From: Klebsormidium nitens
Lineage: Eukaryota > Plantae > Klebsormidiophyceae
Length of the DNA stretch: 64,000 nucleotides
Direction of reading: 5' to 3'
NCBI GenBank assembly: GCA_000708835.1
Contig: DF237120.1
Location: 1-64,000 of the forward strand
Shown: positions 11,501-23,906 of the stretch, piece after piece
How positions within the stretch are numbered: position 1 is the first letter of the stretch
Layout of the letters: the number at the start of each line of letters is the position of its first letter
The notes under the pieces: model-generated
Told to the model about the DNA's origin: nothing
Database searches by the model: none
The model's input: only the letters and a program-made list of their open reading frames with translations
Position numbers and translations under genes: made by a program

Positions 11501-14500
11501 CTTTCAGATTGTTCAGGCTAAAAGGTTGCGTGCGATTATTGTCAAAACAAAGAAAGACGGAGAAACAAAGGCGAAGCTCCCTGGAACAAAAGGGCACATC
11601 GATCTTCCCACTCCAGAGATTCTCAAGCGCGAGCCTCGTGAGGCTCCTTTCCAGCAACAATTTCATTGCCTCTAAGATGGCTCGATTCCGTATTTCTCAA
11701 GCACTGGCTATCTATGTAATCCACAGAAAGATTGTTTTAATCACACACCCGCGCCGCCGGCCGAACCTCCGCAACCGTCATCCCCCTCAGCGCCTTCTCG
11801 AGCGCAGGCCGGTCCCCCCCGAATCGATCTAGGGGGGCTAGCTTCTGGCTCCCACACCTCCGGAGCAGTGCCGCTCTGACCCCCCCTAAGAGCGAACACA
11901 CGTTTGCGTGCTGCGTGAAATACTGTTCGTACAGCCATTCTAAAACCGGAAGAGAGAGCGCGAACCCTAGATCGTGGTCCAAGAAAAGGGGGGTAACTAC
12001 GGCGTGTAGGCGGTTTGCTGGGGGAGGGGTTGGGAAGACTTCGGTGCGGAGGAGGAAGAGCGCCGCGGGGGTGAGGAGCAGTTGGAGGGATGTGGCGGCG
12101 GTCGCGGAAAGTAGGAGAAAGAGAGGTAGCTCGGAACGCCACTCGCTGCATGGACAAAAAAGGCACTTGATGTAGGAAATAACGATGAGCTGATGGTCTC
12201 GTTTGGCGATGTTTCAATTTTGAACCACTTCCAACCCTTTCAAATACTTCATCGAGTATTGCGGTTTTACCGAAATCCCACGGTATCAAAAACTCATTTT
12301 TTTGAATGAACACGAAAATGATGACTTTCTAAAGTCATTGTATTAGGAGGGAAACAAATGCCACGCCACCAATCTGGCCGGCCCTTAACAATCTCACGAA
12401 ACTTGGTTACGTTTCAAGGGTTAAGCAATAACGAGACCCGTTTACCTAAGGATGAGCACCAGTTGTTCCAACGTGGCCGGGTCGGCCGCCTCTGGCTCCT
12501 CCACAAGAATCACGATCGGTTGGTCTCCCTTGGCAGCCTGTCGGTGCCACGCCCGCAAAGCCCCGACGTCGGCAGCCTGTACACAAAGGCGTCATCTTCG
12601 TCACTGACTATTGAAAAGTGCACGAAGGACGGGTCAAGATCAATTATGTATAGCATGGTCGCATCTGAGCTCAGGGAAAAGGTTGCTAATCGGTTCCTAT
12701 GATTTTCCAAAACGTGATTGCCTTCCTGGCCACATCTGCCAAGACTTAGAGGTTGGAAATCAAGGGTAGGAACATTGAGGATTGTCGCAATTCTGGGTAT
12801 TATGGTCCCAGCAGTCTACAAATGTGCACTACCAGGACCTCTAGCTACCGAAACCTCCGTACCGAACTTTTGCAAAGTCCAAGAGAAAAGGTTTGGGTGG
12901 CCTCCGCGGTATCAAACATCGGCAAGGTTAGGAGTTTGGTACCGAGAAGCTCCAAACTCCACCGTCGGGAATTCGAGTTGCGTAGATGCGACCATACTAA
13001 CAGGAAGGCCTAAAGAGCGTCGACGAAGCCCTGGAAGGGTAAGAGATGCTCGAAGTGCATCCAACAAACATATTTCTAGCATCGAAACACGTCAAAAGCC
13101 TGTGGAGGGGGTCCTGCAGGCATTCGAATATTCTGAAGAGGTTCGTGTCACTTCCAAACATGTCCAGGTGCGTTTTTTTTCCGCTAATTGGTAATGAAGG
13201 GAGCAACGTCCTACAGGCTTGTCAGGTTCTTTTCTCGAATGGGTTGCCGTGTTTCTGGATCTCTTAGGACCGCCTTTCTGACGAGACAGAAATCGTCTCA
13301 AGTTGCATACCGAGCAATTCTAACAAGTCGGAACCTCTTAACTTTTACGAATCAGGTGACAAGCCGCACAACCTTTTCCTGACGGGATAAGCTCCCAGGC
13401 TTCCGGTCAGGCAGATTGTAATTTCCGAAGAGGGAAAAAGTCAACTTTTGCGCACTTGCCTCGACTTCCACCCCTATGAGCTGCTTCACAAGCCCTCTCA
13501 GCGCCTCGTTTGCCCCCCTGCGCACTCCCCCGGCCATCGACATGTGAGCGACGTGTAACCCCCTCTCGCGCAGATACCCCGCCCAAACCGCTGATCGTTC
13601 CACTGTGATCCGAGGGCGTGACCCCCCCCAAAAGAAGCAGCCCCGAATAAAGCCGGCTGTGCAGGGTTTGGAAGGGCCGGAGGGCCGCAAGGGCGTCAGG
13701 GTCCAGCTGAGGGGGGGTGGATTCGCCCTGCTGGTCGGGGGGGGGTCCATAGGAAAGTTGGGAGTCGTAATGGACACTGCTCAGACGGTCAGCGACGGAC
13801 TGGTAGAAGGGCTGGTGAAGCTTGTCGAGCGCTGCCTGCAGAAGGGAAAGAAGTTTGTAATCTGACACTTTACATACTCTTCTATGTTGACAACAGGTAT
13901 CTTGGGAGTTGGTATCATACCCTTCTTATGTGTTCTGCTTTATTGGTGTGCTTTATATGGTCTAGGCACGTGGGGAGAGGAGTAGGGGCGCTGTCTGCAT
14001 TCAACGCTTTCAAATGCAGAAACTCGAATTGCTGAAATGGGCCCCGTCACGAAGGGACCATTGCACTATCTGTCAAGCATGATCAAGCAATGAGGACAAT
14101 TCTCCTAACCCAAAGCACTAACCAGGCCTTGAAGTGCCATCAGAAAGGACTCACTTGTACACTGGCGCTCACTCGCTGCCATGCTTCATTGTAAGTGGCT
14201 ACCCGGTAATCCGCTTCTCCCCATGCTAGTTCTGGTGCGGTGTCATCAGCAGCTGGCCCCTTGCCGCGGGGCTCGGCTTTGTGCAAGATAAAAGACTCCT
14301 GGACAAGGAAGCACACAAGCTCTGTTAGAAAGGCAAAGTCCACACGCAGAAGCAAGTGACCATTCAAATTGTAGCGAACTAGGTGACGTTCTGGCTTTAA
14401 AGTTGTAGTGGTCAGCTTTGCATCAGGCTTGGAGGATCTGAAAAGTCTGGTTGAACGCTGCGTGCTTGGGCCGCCAAACAAAAATGTCAACAGAATAGCT

Positions 14501-14640
14501 AGCTCTAAGACCACTCGGTACAAAGATTGTTGTCAGAATTGGCAAGCACCACGCTGCTCAGATCATACACCAAGCAAGTTTGAGCTGAGTACCTGGATGG
14601 TTAGGAAGTTGTCCTCATCATCCTTGCTTTGGTCCGCCAT
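8561..14640 (-). CDS. ORC3: Origin recognition complex subunit 3 (3' part unresolved; 1-nt frameshift in exon 3)
   Basis: Exons 14640-14593 (MADQSKDDEDNFLTIQ), 14298-14155 (ESFILHKA..RVATYNEAWQRVSASVQ), 13835-13460 (AALDKLHQ..RLYSGLLLLGG..GYLRERGLHVAHMS..LRGLVKQLIGVEVE), 12576-12446 (AADVGALRAWH..PIVILVEEPE..LEQLVLILS) and 12145 to about 11770 (EWRSELPLFLLL..GFALSLPVLEWLYEQYF). Probable further exons lie near 11250-11160, 10438-10191, about 9950-9021 and 8646-8561 (DMLGTLLRTMVE). These follow plant ORC3 motifs in order (QPFFVLHKA; LFTGLVL; GCHVA.LS; ADI..LA.WY; PVVII..D.E; LSEW..KIP). The winged-helix C-terminus was not found. Confidence 0.85.
9120..9660. repeat. Degenerate C-rich tandem array (4-5 units of about 120 bp) inside the ORC3 locus
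   Basis: The core gccgcccccgc(t/c)gcccc(a/g)acaa..ttcggggga(a)gcttct recurs at about 9131, 9253, 9371 and 9494, and weakly at about 9630. Confidence 0.75.
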
Positions 14641-15008
14641 GATCCTTGTCCAGAGCTCGAAGTCAAATTTCAAATGACAAAGCTTTGAAATGGTAGCACG
14701 TGCACCATTGATATTGTATATTCTGCCGCCACGACATCTATAGGAATGACGTGGCGATTCTGCACCGTTCGATGCGTACCTGTCGCCATGGCCTAACGGC
14801 TATCTACCTGCATTTGACCGTTAGGACTGCTGCTTTCGCCTTGCGAGCATTTGCTTATGTTGTCTTGCATCTTGTGACTGGAGCTACGGCTCACCTATAA
14901 AGGTGGACTTCTCCACCGTGTAAGTCCTCATTCCTGATTTCCAAGTTTGAGGCATCCAATCTCTAGCAAGTTTCTCAACTCTCGAGCTCCGCTCTTCCCG
15001 GCCGCTAA

Positions 15009-16994
15009 GCTCCCTACTAGTGTATAAGTCTCCAATTTCCTTGTGAAATTAGTCGGAGATTACACATTTTGATCGGCTTCAGCCTTCAGGATCAGGATCT
15101 GTCTTTGACTCTGAGACGCTTCCTCCAACCTGGTTTTAGTCATTGACCAGGAAATCCATTCTTGCCGGCGCGGCTGCCGTTTGTTTTCCAGCGGCTGCTT
15201 TCACGGGCCCGTAGCGTGGGCGTTTCGCCGCGCCGGTGGCGGCGACCGTACTCTGAACGTTTCTGCTGACATTTGGATTCTGCGCTCGAAGATTCTTGGT
15301 TATCTGTAACGAGCTGGATAACCACAGCGCAGGCTGCATTGCAAAGAAGCTTGATCCAGCTTGATGATCAAGTTGATCCGGACAATTTAAACTTCAAGTT
15401 CAAGTTCAAGCGACAAGCTTCTCTAGTACAGCAACAGATCTAAAGACGTGATGAGTATGCAGGAGCAGGAGGCCGCATTAGTGGGGGCTTGAGTTGCAGG
15501 CAAGCGCACATTGTAGCTGAAATTGGAAATGAAAGGGTTCCATCTCGATTGGGGCCGTGCACTTTGGCAGCTGAGCAGCAACGGATCCGGAAAGAAGGCG
15601 GCAGCTAGCCACAATGTGATCAGTAGCGCCGCAGCAGTCGCTGGTTGTGGCAGTGGCCTTGCAAGGTTTGGCAGCTCTTTCAGCAGCTTGTTGCTGCACA
15701 AAGCGCCAGGTGTGGAAGCAAAAGAGTGCCAGACTACATCACAATCTGTGTCTGTGCGCGCCACTANNNNNNNNNNNNNNNNNNNNNNNNNNNNNNNNNN
15801 NNNNNNNNNNNNNNNNNNNNNNNNNNNNNNNNNNNNNNNNNNNNNNNNNNNNNNNNNNNNNNNNNNNNNNNNNNNNNNNNNNNNNNNNNNNNNNNNNNNN
15901 NNNNNNNNNNNNNNNNNNNNNNNNNNNNNNNNNNNNNNNNNNNNNNNNNNNNNNNNNNNNNNNNNNNNNNNNNNNNNNNNNNNNNNNNNNNNNNNNNNNN
16001 NNNNNNNNNNNNNNNNNNNNNNNNNNNNNNNNNNNNNNNNNNNNNNNNNNNNNNNNNNNNNNNNNNNNNNNNNNNNNNNNNNNNNNNNNNNNNNNNNNNN
16101 NNNNNNNNNNNNNNNNNNNNNNNNNNNNNNNNNNNNNNNNNNNNNNNNNNNNNNNNNNNNNNNNNNNNNNNNNNNNNNNNNNNNNNNNNNNNNNNNNNNN
16201 NNNNNNNNNNNNNNNNNNNNNNNNNNNNNNNNNNNNNNNNNNNNNNNNNNNNNNNNNNNNNNNNNNNNNNNNNNNNNNNNNNNNNNNNNNNNNNNNNNNN
16301 NNNNNNNNNNNNNNNNNNNNNNNNNNNNNNNNNNNNNNNNNNNNNNNNNNNNNNNNNNNNNNNNNNNNNNNNNNNNNNNNNNNNNNNNNNNNNNNNNNNN
16401 NNNNNNNNNNNNNNNNNNNNNNNNNNNNNNNNNNNNNNNNNNNNNNNNNNNNNNNNNNNNNNNNNNNNNNNNNNNNNNNNNNNNNNNNNNNNNNNNNNNN
16501 NNNNNNNNNNNNNNNNNNNNNNNNNNNNNNNNNNNNNNNNNNNNNNNNNNNNNNNNNNNNNNNNNNNNNNNNNNNNNNNNNNNNNNNNNNNNNNNNNNNN
16601 NNNNNNNNNNNNNNNNNNNNNNNNNNNNNNNNNNNNNNNNNNNNNNNNNNNNNNNNNNNNNNNNNNNNNNNNNNNNNNNNNNNNNNNNNNNNNNNNNNNN
16701 NNNNNNNNNNNNNNNNNNNNNNNNNNNNNNNTACTTGTAAGCAGCCCGTAGCAAAAAACCGACCTCGATTTGGCCATGTTTCGAGTGATTGGTGGTAGGA
16801 AACGTCCTACCGGGCCAAGAACGGGCAAAGTGCTGACATACTGTGGGCTGTACTTGACCTGTACATGTGTACTTTTCGACCGTACGGGTGTACATTTTCA
16901 AAATCTCCGGGTCCACGGACCTACGGGAAGGTCTTGGGTTCGACCCCAACCAAGATCGCCAAAAACTTTTCTTTTTACCATGCCGCTAGGGAGC
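15009..16994. mobile_element. Possible PIF/Harbinger-like non-autonomous element spanning the assembly gap
   Basis: taa|gctcccta at 15006-15016 and tagggagc|taa at 16987-16997 give an 8-bp terminal inverted repeat with a TAA direct repeat. The repeat is short, so this could be chance. Confidence 0.3.
15767..16731. other. Assembly gap (965 N)
   Basis: Run of N. Confidence 1.
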
Positions 16995-19235
16995 TAAAAT
17001 TATGAGTGCCGGAATTGGCCCTACCTGATCCTGCGAGCCCCCCTATGCTAAGTTAGTTTTGCTTCTGAGCATGCCTGAGAACCCTTGTCATTTACATTAT
17101 CTCATTTTCGGGCTTGTAGTTGATTGCCATGGTCGAATCAGATGTGATCTTGTGATGTGAGATTGCTGTAAAACAACATCTTGTAATCTTGCTTACCCGA
17201 GCTTTTCTGCCGCAGCCCAATGCAGTCCCCAACATTCTGCCAATCCATGCCTAGGCAGAAGTGGCACTGCGTCCTTCATGTAAGTTGGCAGTTGTTTCCT
17301 GAGAGCAGGGTCCGTTTTTGAGCAGACTGGATTTTGGGCGGTTATGCAGCTTGCACTTGCCTCCGTCAGAGACTCACATGTTGTATGCTAGTTGAAACAC
17401 TTACTGCACAGCCAATCATTTCTCTAGTTGCCCTATTTGCAAGGAGAGCAGGCAACAGATGCATATGAAAAGCCTTCCTTTTGCTTTTGTTATCTTTGAG
17501 GAAATTGTCAGAAAGAATAAGCAAGATAAACGGAGCGGAGCATGGCTCAGTTCATCCTCAGAATCCGCTTGGCGGTGGACGCTTCTGTCTGTGCTAAAAA
17601 TGCATGCAAACGTTGGGATCACCCTTTGTAGCAGAGAGACCCAAACTCTAGTGGAATGGCCAAGAGTCTCTAGATTTGAACACACTCTGTAATCTGCATT
17701 CACTATAGCTAATGTGATGCAGGACAAGGGCCCCCCTCTTATCAGACAAGAACGAGGTACTGCTAATGACCCTTTGCTCTGAACCTTCAAGGATCTGTTC
17801 ACTTCATGTTCTGAAGTTGCCTCTTTGCTGCTCTCATAGCATTGGCATGGCATGCTTGGGGATATCAAACTTGTACTTTCAAGACAGGGAATGAATTCGA
17901 CGCTTGCGTTCTTGCTTATCCACCTTTCACAATCTGTTCTGTGCATTATCGAGAGCCAATGTTGCTCTGACTCGCTTTGAGAATGCACAAGGTATCTGAC
18001 ATGTTGATCCACTCCATTGATATGATGAACGTGCAGAGAGACATGCACACATGCTAGTTGAACTCCTTGACCTGCAGGAAGGTAAAATCCGAGTTCAAGT
18101 ATCGGAAAGGTCCATAGCTGGACAGTATGAATCGCTTTACTTTCACCATCTGGCCGCTCTTTCTAACAAATATGGACCGGGCAAATTGACAACCAAAGAA
18201 GGTTTTGCTCTGAAGCGGGTTTGATTATGATTCTCAGGATTCTGGTAACTACTACTATATTCTAGGTGAGCCTTCAGATACATCTGAGCATAGTTGTCTC
18301 TTCATTCTACCGCTTGGATGCTTGAATTAACCCGACCTACCCCTGGCACCAACTTATCGTGCATTGAGATTAAGGCCTGCAATGGCACCGTAAACCAACA
18401 GTAACCCTGAGACGACATCCGTTGTCACAGCCAAACCCTGCACTCAACACCTGCACACAACAAGTGGACCCACCACGGAGCCCAGGTCTGAATCAAGACG
18501 GACTGAAAGCTGTCACTGATTTGGTGTTATTTGGATTATGCTTTTCGAACTTGGAAGACAAGAATTGAAAATGGTTTTGTATTTGTTTCCATGTGTTGCG
18601 AGTTCAGACTGCTGTAACCTTCTCTTTCCTGCACACCTTCACAAGAAAGCCGCCTCAGCATCTTGGGAGTCTGCAAATTGCCGCTAGTCGCTTCTTACAT
18701 GGATATCTTTGTTGACATAAACCAAGGCCGGGGCTAACCCAGAACTGCCATATACGTGTTAGTTGCGATTTAGGGTAACTCGAGTACTGTAACCAACCGA
18801 ATAAACCTGGTCATTGCTCAACTTGCTCCCTGGCACGATGACCTATCCCGGAAGGTTCCCTGCGGCCTTCAACGTGTCAAGCCTGAGATGACACATCGAA
18901 TCAATAGAACTCGATCTCTTACGACTCATCTTGAATTTCCATGTAATTTGTTGTACATACCTATGCCCCTCAAGTCCTGTTGAGTCCTAGGATCTGGGCC
19001 ATACCAGGACTCGTAAAGGCTTGGTTGTCAATGTCAGAGTTGACCTCTCAAGTTTCTGAGTCAGTATCGAGCTGACTCCTAGAAGGTTTCGAACTTCTGG
19101 ATTGACGATCGGAATGAAGACTACAGTGTTTTGCAGATGCAAATCTTAAGTTCGAGCACAACAAGACGCTCCCTGTTTCACCGGAGCTCGGCCGCCACAA
19201 ATCCCTTTTGATCAGACCCGAAACTGGAAATACGG

Positions 19236-20216
19236 ATGTTGCGAGGAGTCTTCCGCAAAAGTTTTCCCGGTGTGGCTCCGTGAATTTGATTGGCGACATA
19301 AGTTTTGCGGCCCAAGTGGCTTCAGATGTGTAGAGATAAAAATACTCGTTTCATGTTTGTGCAGACCCCAAGGAGAAGGACTTTACCATCCGATTCCCGA
19401 GAATCGATGCTAAGCCGGTTGAGTTCACTTTCAGGGTGCCGGGTGAGGAGGGATTGCGGCGAATAGTGAGGCACTTTAACGCGGTCGGATTTATCCCCGT
19501 CGACTCAGATCCACGGAACAAGCCTATTCTCATGAGCTTTGCTCGCATTTAGCCGGGCGTGGTGTATCGCCTTATTCCACCGACACCCTTGTCGGCAAGA
19601 AGCAGTGATGAAAGATTCCAGGAGATGATGGAACTGATCGGGGCTCGTGAGGTCTTGGACGGGCTAGAAGAGGCCACCGCCAATGCCAAGGAGGAGGCCA
19701 TATCGTCGACCAAAGAGAATGTGGTGGGTCAGCCCAACACAACCGAGCGGGAAGTCTCACCGGTGACAGACCAAGGTCAGTCTCTGTTCGATCCGCCATC
19801 TGACGAAAACGTACATGCACATCGTAGCATGGTTCCTCTTCCAAAAGTTTGCGCTGTTAGTATTCGATGTGACCGAAAAGGCTTGCTTGATTGCCCTTGT
19901 GCCAAAGAACTGGAGTCATGTTTCGCCTCGAGGCAAGCTGGTAACAAACATGACGCTTAGGTGTACGATCTTGTCAAAGACCCAGTCAAGGCCAATCCGC
20001 ATTGTCCTCGGATTGGCTGAGGAGGCGGAAACTCCCTTGCACAACTTGGAGGCCTTTTATCATCTTTGTGAAGCTCGGTCAAGGTTCAACCGCCTGGAAA
20101 AGCCCACCTTGACAGGCAATGTGAATCCTAGAGCGTTTGAAAAGGCGGTCTGTCAGATGAGGTTTTTGTTTGCAATGTCCCTTGCCAATATCCCACCACT
20201 GTTTTACCGTAACTGA
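19236..20216 (+). pseudogene. Decayed multi-exon gene of unknown function
   Basis: An acceptor at 19364 opens the frame DPKEKDFTIRFPRIDAKPVEFTFRVPGEEGLRRIVRHFNAVGFIPVDSDPRNKPILMSFARI*PGVVYRLIPP..., which is protein-like on both sides of a TAG at 19550-19552. A candidate upstream exon is ATG 19236 (MLRGVFRKSFP|gt). The downstream segment YHLCEARSRF appears frame-broken. Confidence 0.45.
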
Positions 20217-21673
20217 AAGGGGAATGGGGATGCTTAAAGATAAATGTCCTTCAATTCTTTGGCTAGAGGTCCGAGCGGAGTCGTCACGACAAATCAGGAC
20301 CCTGTAGTCCTCACTGTCGAGAGTGTTTATTAGTAAGCAGAAGAATCCTCAAAGTCTCAATCAGGATGATTGATGGGTATTTGCCTTGACCTTCTGCGCT
20401 CTTCCTTATCGAAGTTCACTATCGTTTCCAGATATGAAGCGTTCAGACTTTAGGCTCTTCTTGTTGCAGCGCGTTTGTCTCGAGCCCCCTTGCCAATTCT
20501 TAAACATTCAACCGAGTCTTCTAAGTGAGGCTTTTAGTACTTGGACCTCGTTATGCTAATTCAACCAGGAGATCCCTGACCAACAGATTGACACGCGTTG
20601 TAAGCATTTCAAGTTTGTCAGACAAATACCCGTCTTTTCTTTCAAAAAGATTGTGACTCCTCGAAGAGCTAAAGCAGACTGTGTATAGTGAGGACACTGC
20701 CTTTCCAGAGAAACGTCTTGGGAGGCAAAGCTCACGTTGCTGTGCTTTAATTTCTTTACTTTGCAGCAACCACGGATGGTGCAACAGAGGGAAGGCCCCT
20801 AGCGGGGGCTAAGAAGAGAGGAAGGCCAAGAGGGCAATATGCGCACAGCTGAGAACAATATGGAGACTACGAAGTACAGTCCCGTTGGGAAATCCATCTT
20901 CTTGGACGTAGTGACTCCTTTTTGCCGCAAGGCTTTATGATGTCAGCGGCACTGTGTACTTGTAAAGTATTGTAGGTTGTACTTTTGGCTTAGCCTCTTG
21001 GCCAGAAGAGAACGGACGGATAAGTTGCATAGATATTAAGAAAGTGTATCGTAATTCATGCAATGTATCGAAGGAAGCCGGCCCCGCTTTCAACGAACAC
21101 GCAAACCGAACAACTTACAAAACCCGGTGTAAATATGTAATCCTGCACCGTACGTCGCGGTGATTTTTGAATCACGATCGCCGGTTTGTTTGGAAAGAAC
21201 AACGAACTTAAATGCTTCAAAAGTAAATTGCTTCGTGAGTGAGTGTAGGTTGACATGACCGTCGGAAAACTGACTGGCGCCGTTCATGATACAACAATCC
21301 CACAACAATGTTCAACTTCCGACGGATCGGTTCGCTCGATTGGATAAAATCACTATATGCAGGTTCGAAGCCGTCCCCGGGCGCCGTGCCAGGGTGCCGC
21401 CTGCAGGCCGACAATGTCAAACTGACCGTATACTAACTAGTGAACGGTGACTCGCACATGATCTTACGGGCCGCCGCGGGGCCGGGGCGCTTAGTATGCG
21501 CGGCATTGAATTCGATCGGAGCATGTCACTTGCATATGGCAATATGTGCCAATTGAACGTCTACGTAAGAACTAGCCTAGTCATTCAAGGAACGGATCGA
21601 ACTCGTCGAGTAGTACAGCTAATTGGGTAATCAAGTAATAGCAAGACGGGCCATGTCAGTTTCACAAGCTAGC

Positions 21674-22702
21674 TAGGGTGGGTATCGGGCGAGTCAAATT
21701 TGACTCGGGTTGCGACAATTTTGTTATACCCGGTATCGAATATCGTCAGCGATACCGGCGGTTCGCGTCACGCAGACTCAGGATTCTGTTACTCGTACGG
21801 TACAATTACCGTAGTCCAACGTGATGATTCCGAACGGAATTTCCCAGTAATATTTTCCAACAATCCGACCAAGAATGCGGAATTATTTATGCAGATTCCG
21901 ACCAGAATCCGAATGCCCTATGTTCACACTGGAAGAAGCAATTCAAGGCCTATTTTGGCAGTTTTCTGCCTTCCGAGGACCATTTCCGGATTATTTTCCC
22001 TTTCCGAATTTTAACTTTCCGAACGGGAAATCTGGATTTCTGACTTTCCGAATGCAAATAATTATTTATTTATTCGGATTCGTTACCTTGGACTACGGTA
22101 CTCGGATTTTTTTGCTCGGCCGTGAGTATGTGTCATGGAGTTGTAAGGTAGTGTTATGTTTTACACTTTGCAAGAAGCATCAAATTAGGGCTCAAGTAGG
22201 AGGCTCATGCAGCATATAGAAGCTTTTGACATGCAAAAAAAAATGTTGGGAGGGAGTCATTAGGGGTCCTTTGAAGCCCCAAATTCATGTATTGTTGAGG
22301 ACAAATCCCAAAAAGTAGCATACGAGGCGCAAAGTAGGCCGCCATTGTTGGTGCTTGAAAAGCGCCTTCTCTTACACTAGCCTTAGAATCTTGTGCACTA
22401 TCCTTTCGGTCTTGGTACCGCGGTACTCCACCGTGGTTCAAGTCGGAAGTTTCGATCAAGACCCTTAATTTCAAATGGGTCGATCGCGCAGACTCCGACG
22501 GTACGGTACCGCCGGAAAGTATGGACTTTACCGTTGCGCGACTTGTCAGAAGATTGCCGATTTGTGAACTCGGAGCCGATTCTACAATTTCACCGAGTAC
22601 GGTCGTCAGTACCGGTTACGACAATTGTCACGACGCGTGACACCGGTGTAACAAATTTGAAACCGTATTGTAACCCGGTCGATACCGCCGAGACCCACCA
22701 TA
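21674..22702. mobile_element. Putative non-autonomous hAT-like DNA element with imperfect TIRs and subterminal repeats
   Basis: The left end tagggtgggtatcgggc compares with the reverse complement of the right end, tatggtgggtctcggcg. The subterminal motif ggtt(g/a)cgacaatt occurs near both ends. No 8-bp TSD is visible. Confidence 0.4.
21809..22098. mobile_element. Tc1/mariner-like MITE (290 bp) nested in the larger element
   Basis: TA|ccgtagtccaa...ttggactacgg|TA. The inverted repeat is perfect for 11 bp and extends imperfectly to about 26 bp (..tccgaa). The interior is AT-rich with repeated tccga motifs. Confidence 0.75.
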
Positions 22703-23906
22703 GGTTGCTTGTGTTGTGTCGCTGTGTGCAACAGTACGTATGGTACTAACATATCATGTAGTATGTCATGCGGTATACACAGTGCCACTGGATCAGTAAC
22801 CGGCGTAAGTCGCCACGTTATGCAAGCTATATAGGTGGTAACTTCTCATTTATTGACGCCCTTATACTAACTAATTAGCCACGCTAGAGCCGTGGAGCAC
22901 GGTCTCTGGCAGACCGGGGACAGGTAGTTTGTTGACTCTACAGCTTGCCAGCCAGTTGCTGCAGCTGTAAGTTGCATGTCCGGATCGGACATGCTCAATC
23001 TAGATCGGACGGAACCCATTGGAATGTTAAATCATTAATTTATTAAGATGTCAAGATGGCCGGATCGATTCAAATATAATCAGTTCCGCGACTTGCGAAG
23101 TTCCCGCCCAAGCTTGCATCAGTACGTGCCTCAGCTAACTAATGATACAGTGCATCCGCACTGTCATGCCGCAGTGCGTGCACTGAGCCGCGCCGCAAGC
23201 TGAGTCCGGCTGGAGAGCCCACGTACTGATGTTCTTATACGAGCTATGGGCGTTCAAGACTTGAACATTCAACTATAATTTTACGCCTACGGTATGCCAT
23301 GGAAGCCTATAGTATATGCCAGCTAGGCCGCCCAGCATGTGACTAGGTACGGCGCGGCCGCGGGCCCATTTTGAAACGAGGATATCTTCACTGTCGAATG
23401 AATCGCGGCCTGGCCGAGTTTGTAAAGGTCACCGTCAACGGCCTGATCATTTTTTGAATGCTGTGGAGTCCTCCATGTACATTCAGAAAAAGTATGATTG
23501 ACGTATGCCATGGCAACTTGTACCGTGACCGGAGGCCTTGTCGCAGATCAGCGGCGAAGCATCTAGTGGCAGTGGCACCGGCGGTCTCTAGATCATCCCT
23601 CTGCAGCAATGACAAGGGCGCGTGCTAGCATAGCTAGTGTCTCGAGCCAAGAAGCGCGGCCTCGAATTGCATGGTTCGAATGCGTGGAATCGACCGTTAC
23701 CTCAGTGCCTCAGACTCATCAATGACATTTCTTGTAAAATTTAGCCGGGGCAGCAGACAGTCTTTGTTAGAACGGGGTCGATGGGGCGACAAGCGCTGGC
23801 GTTTTCCCAGCCCCAACCTCCTCATGCGCACTGCGGTGTGGCACCGGCTCAAGTGAACTGAGTTCGACTGGCCCGTCCGTGCAACTGACTGAATTTGTAC
23901 AGCGGC

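Noticed and set aside
15001-15021. Helitron 3' end (CTAG|T)
   Set aside because: There is no convincing short GC-rich hairpin at the expected distance and no matching 5' TC end.
15423-16949. Long ORFs of 354-508 aa spanning the gap
   Set aside because: They are artefacts of the N run.
16908-16962. Intact tRNA gene or LTR primer-binding site
   Set aside because: There is no D-arm or 5' acceptor strand, and no adjacent LTR end (CA) or retroelement ORF.
17416-18048. 210-aa minus-strand ORF
   Set aside because: It has atypical composition, no motif and no matching exon structure. The region looks like decayed sequence.
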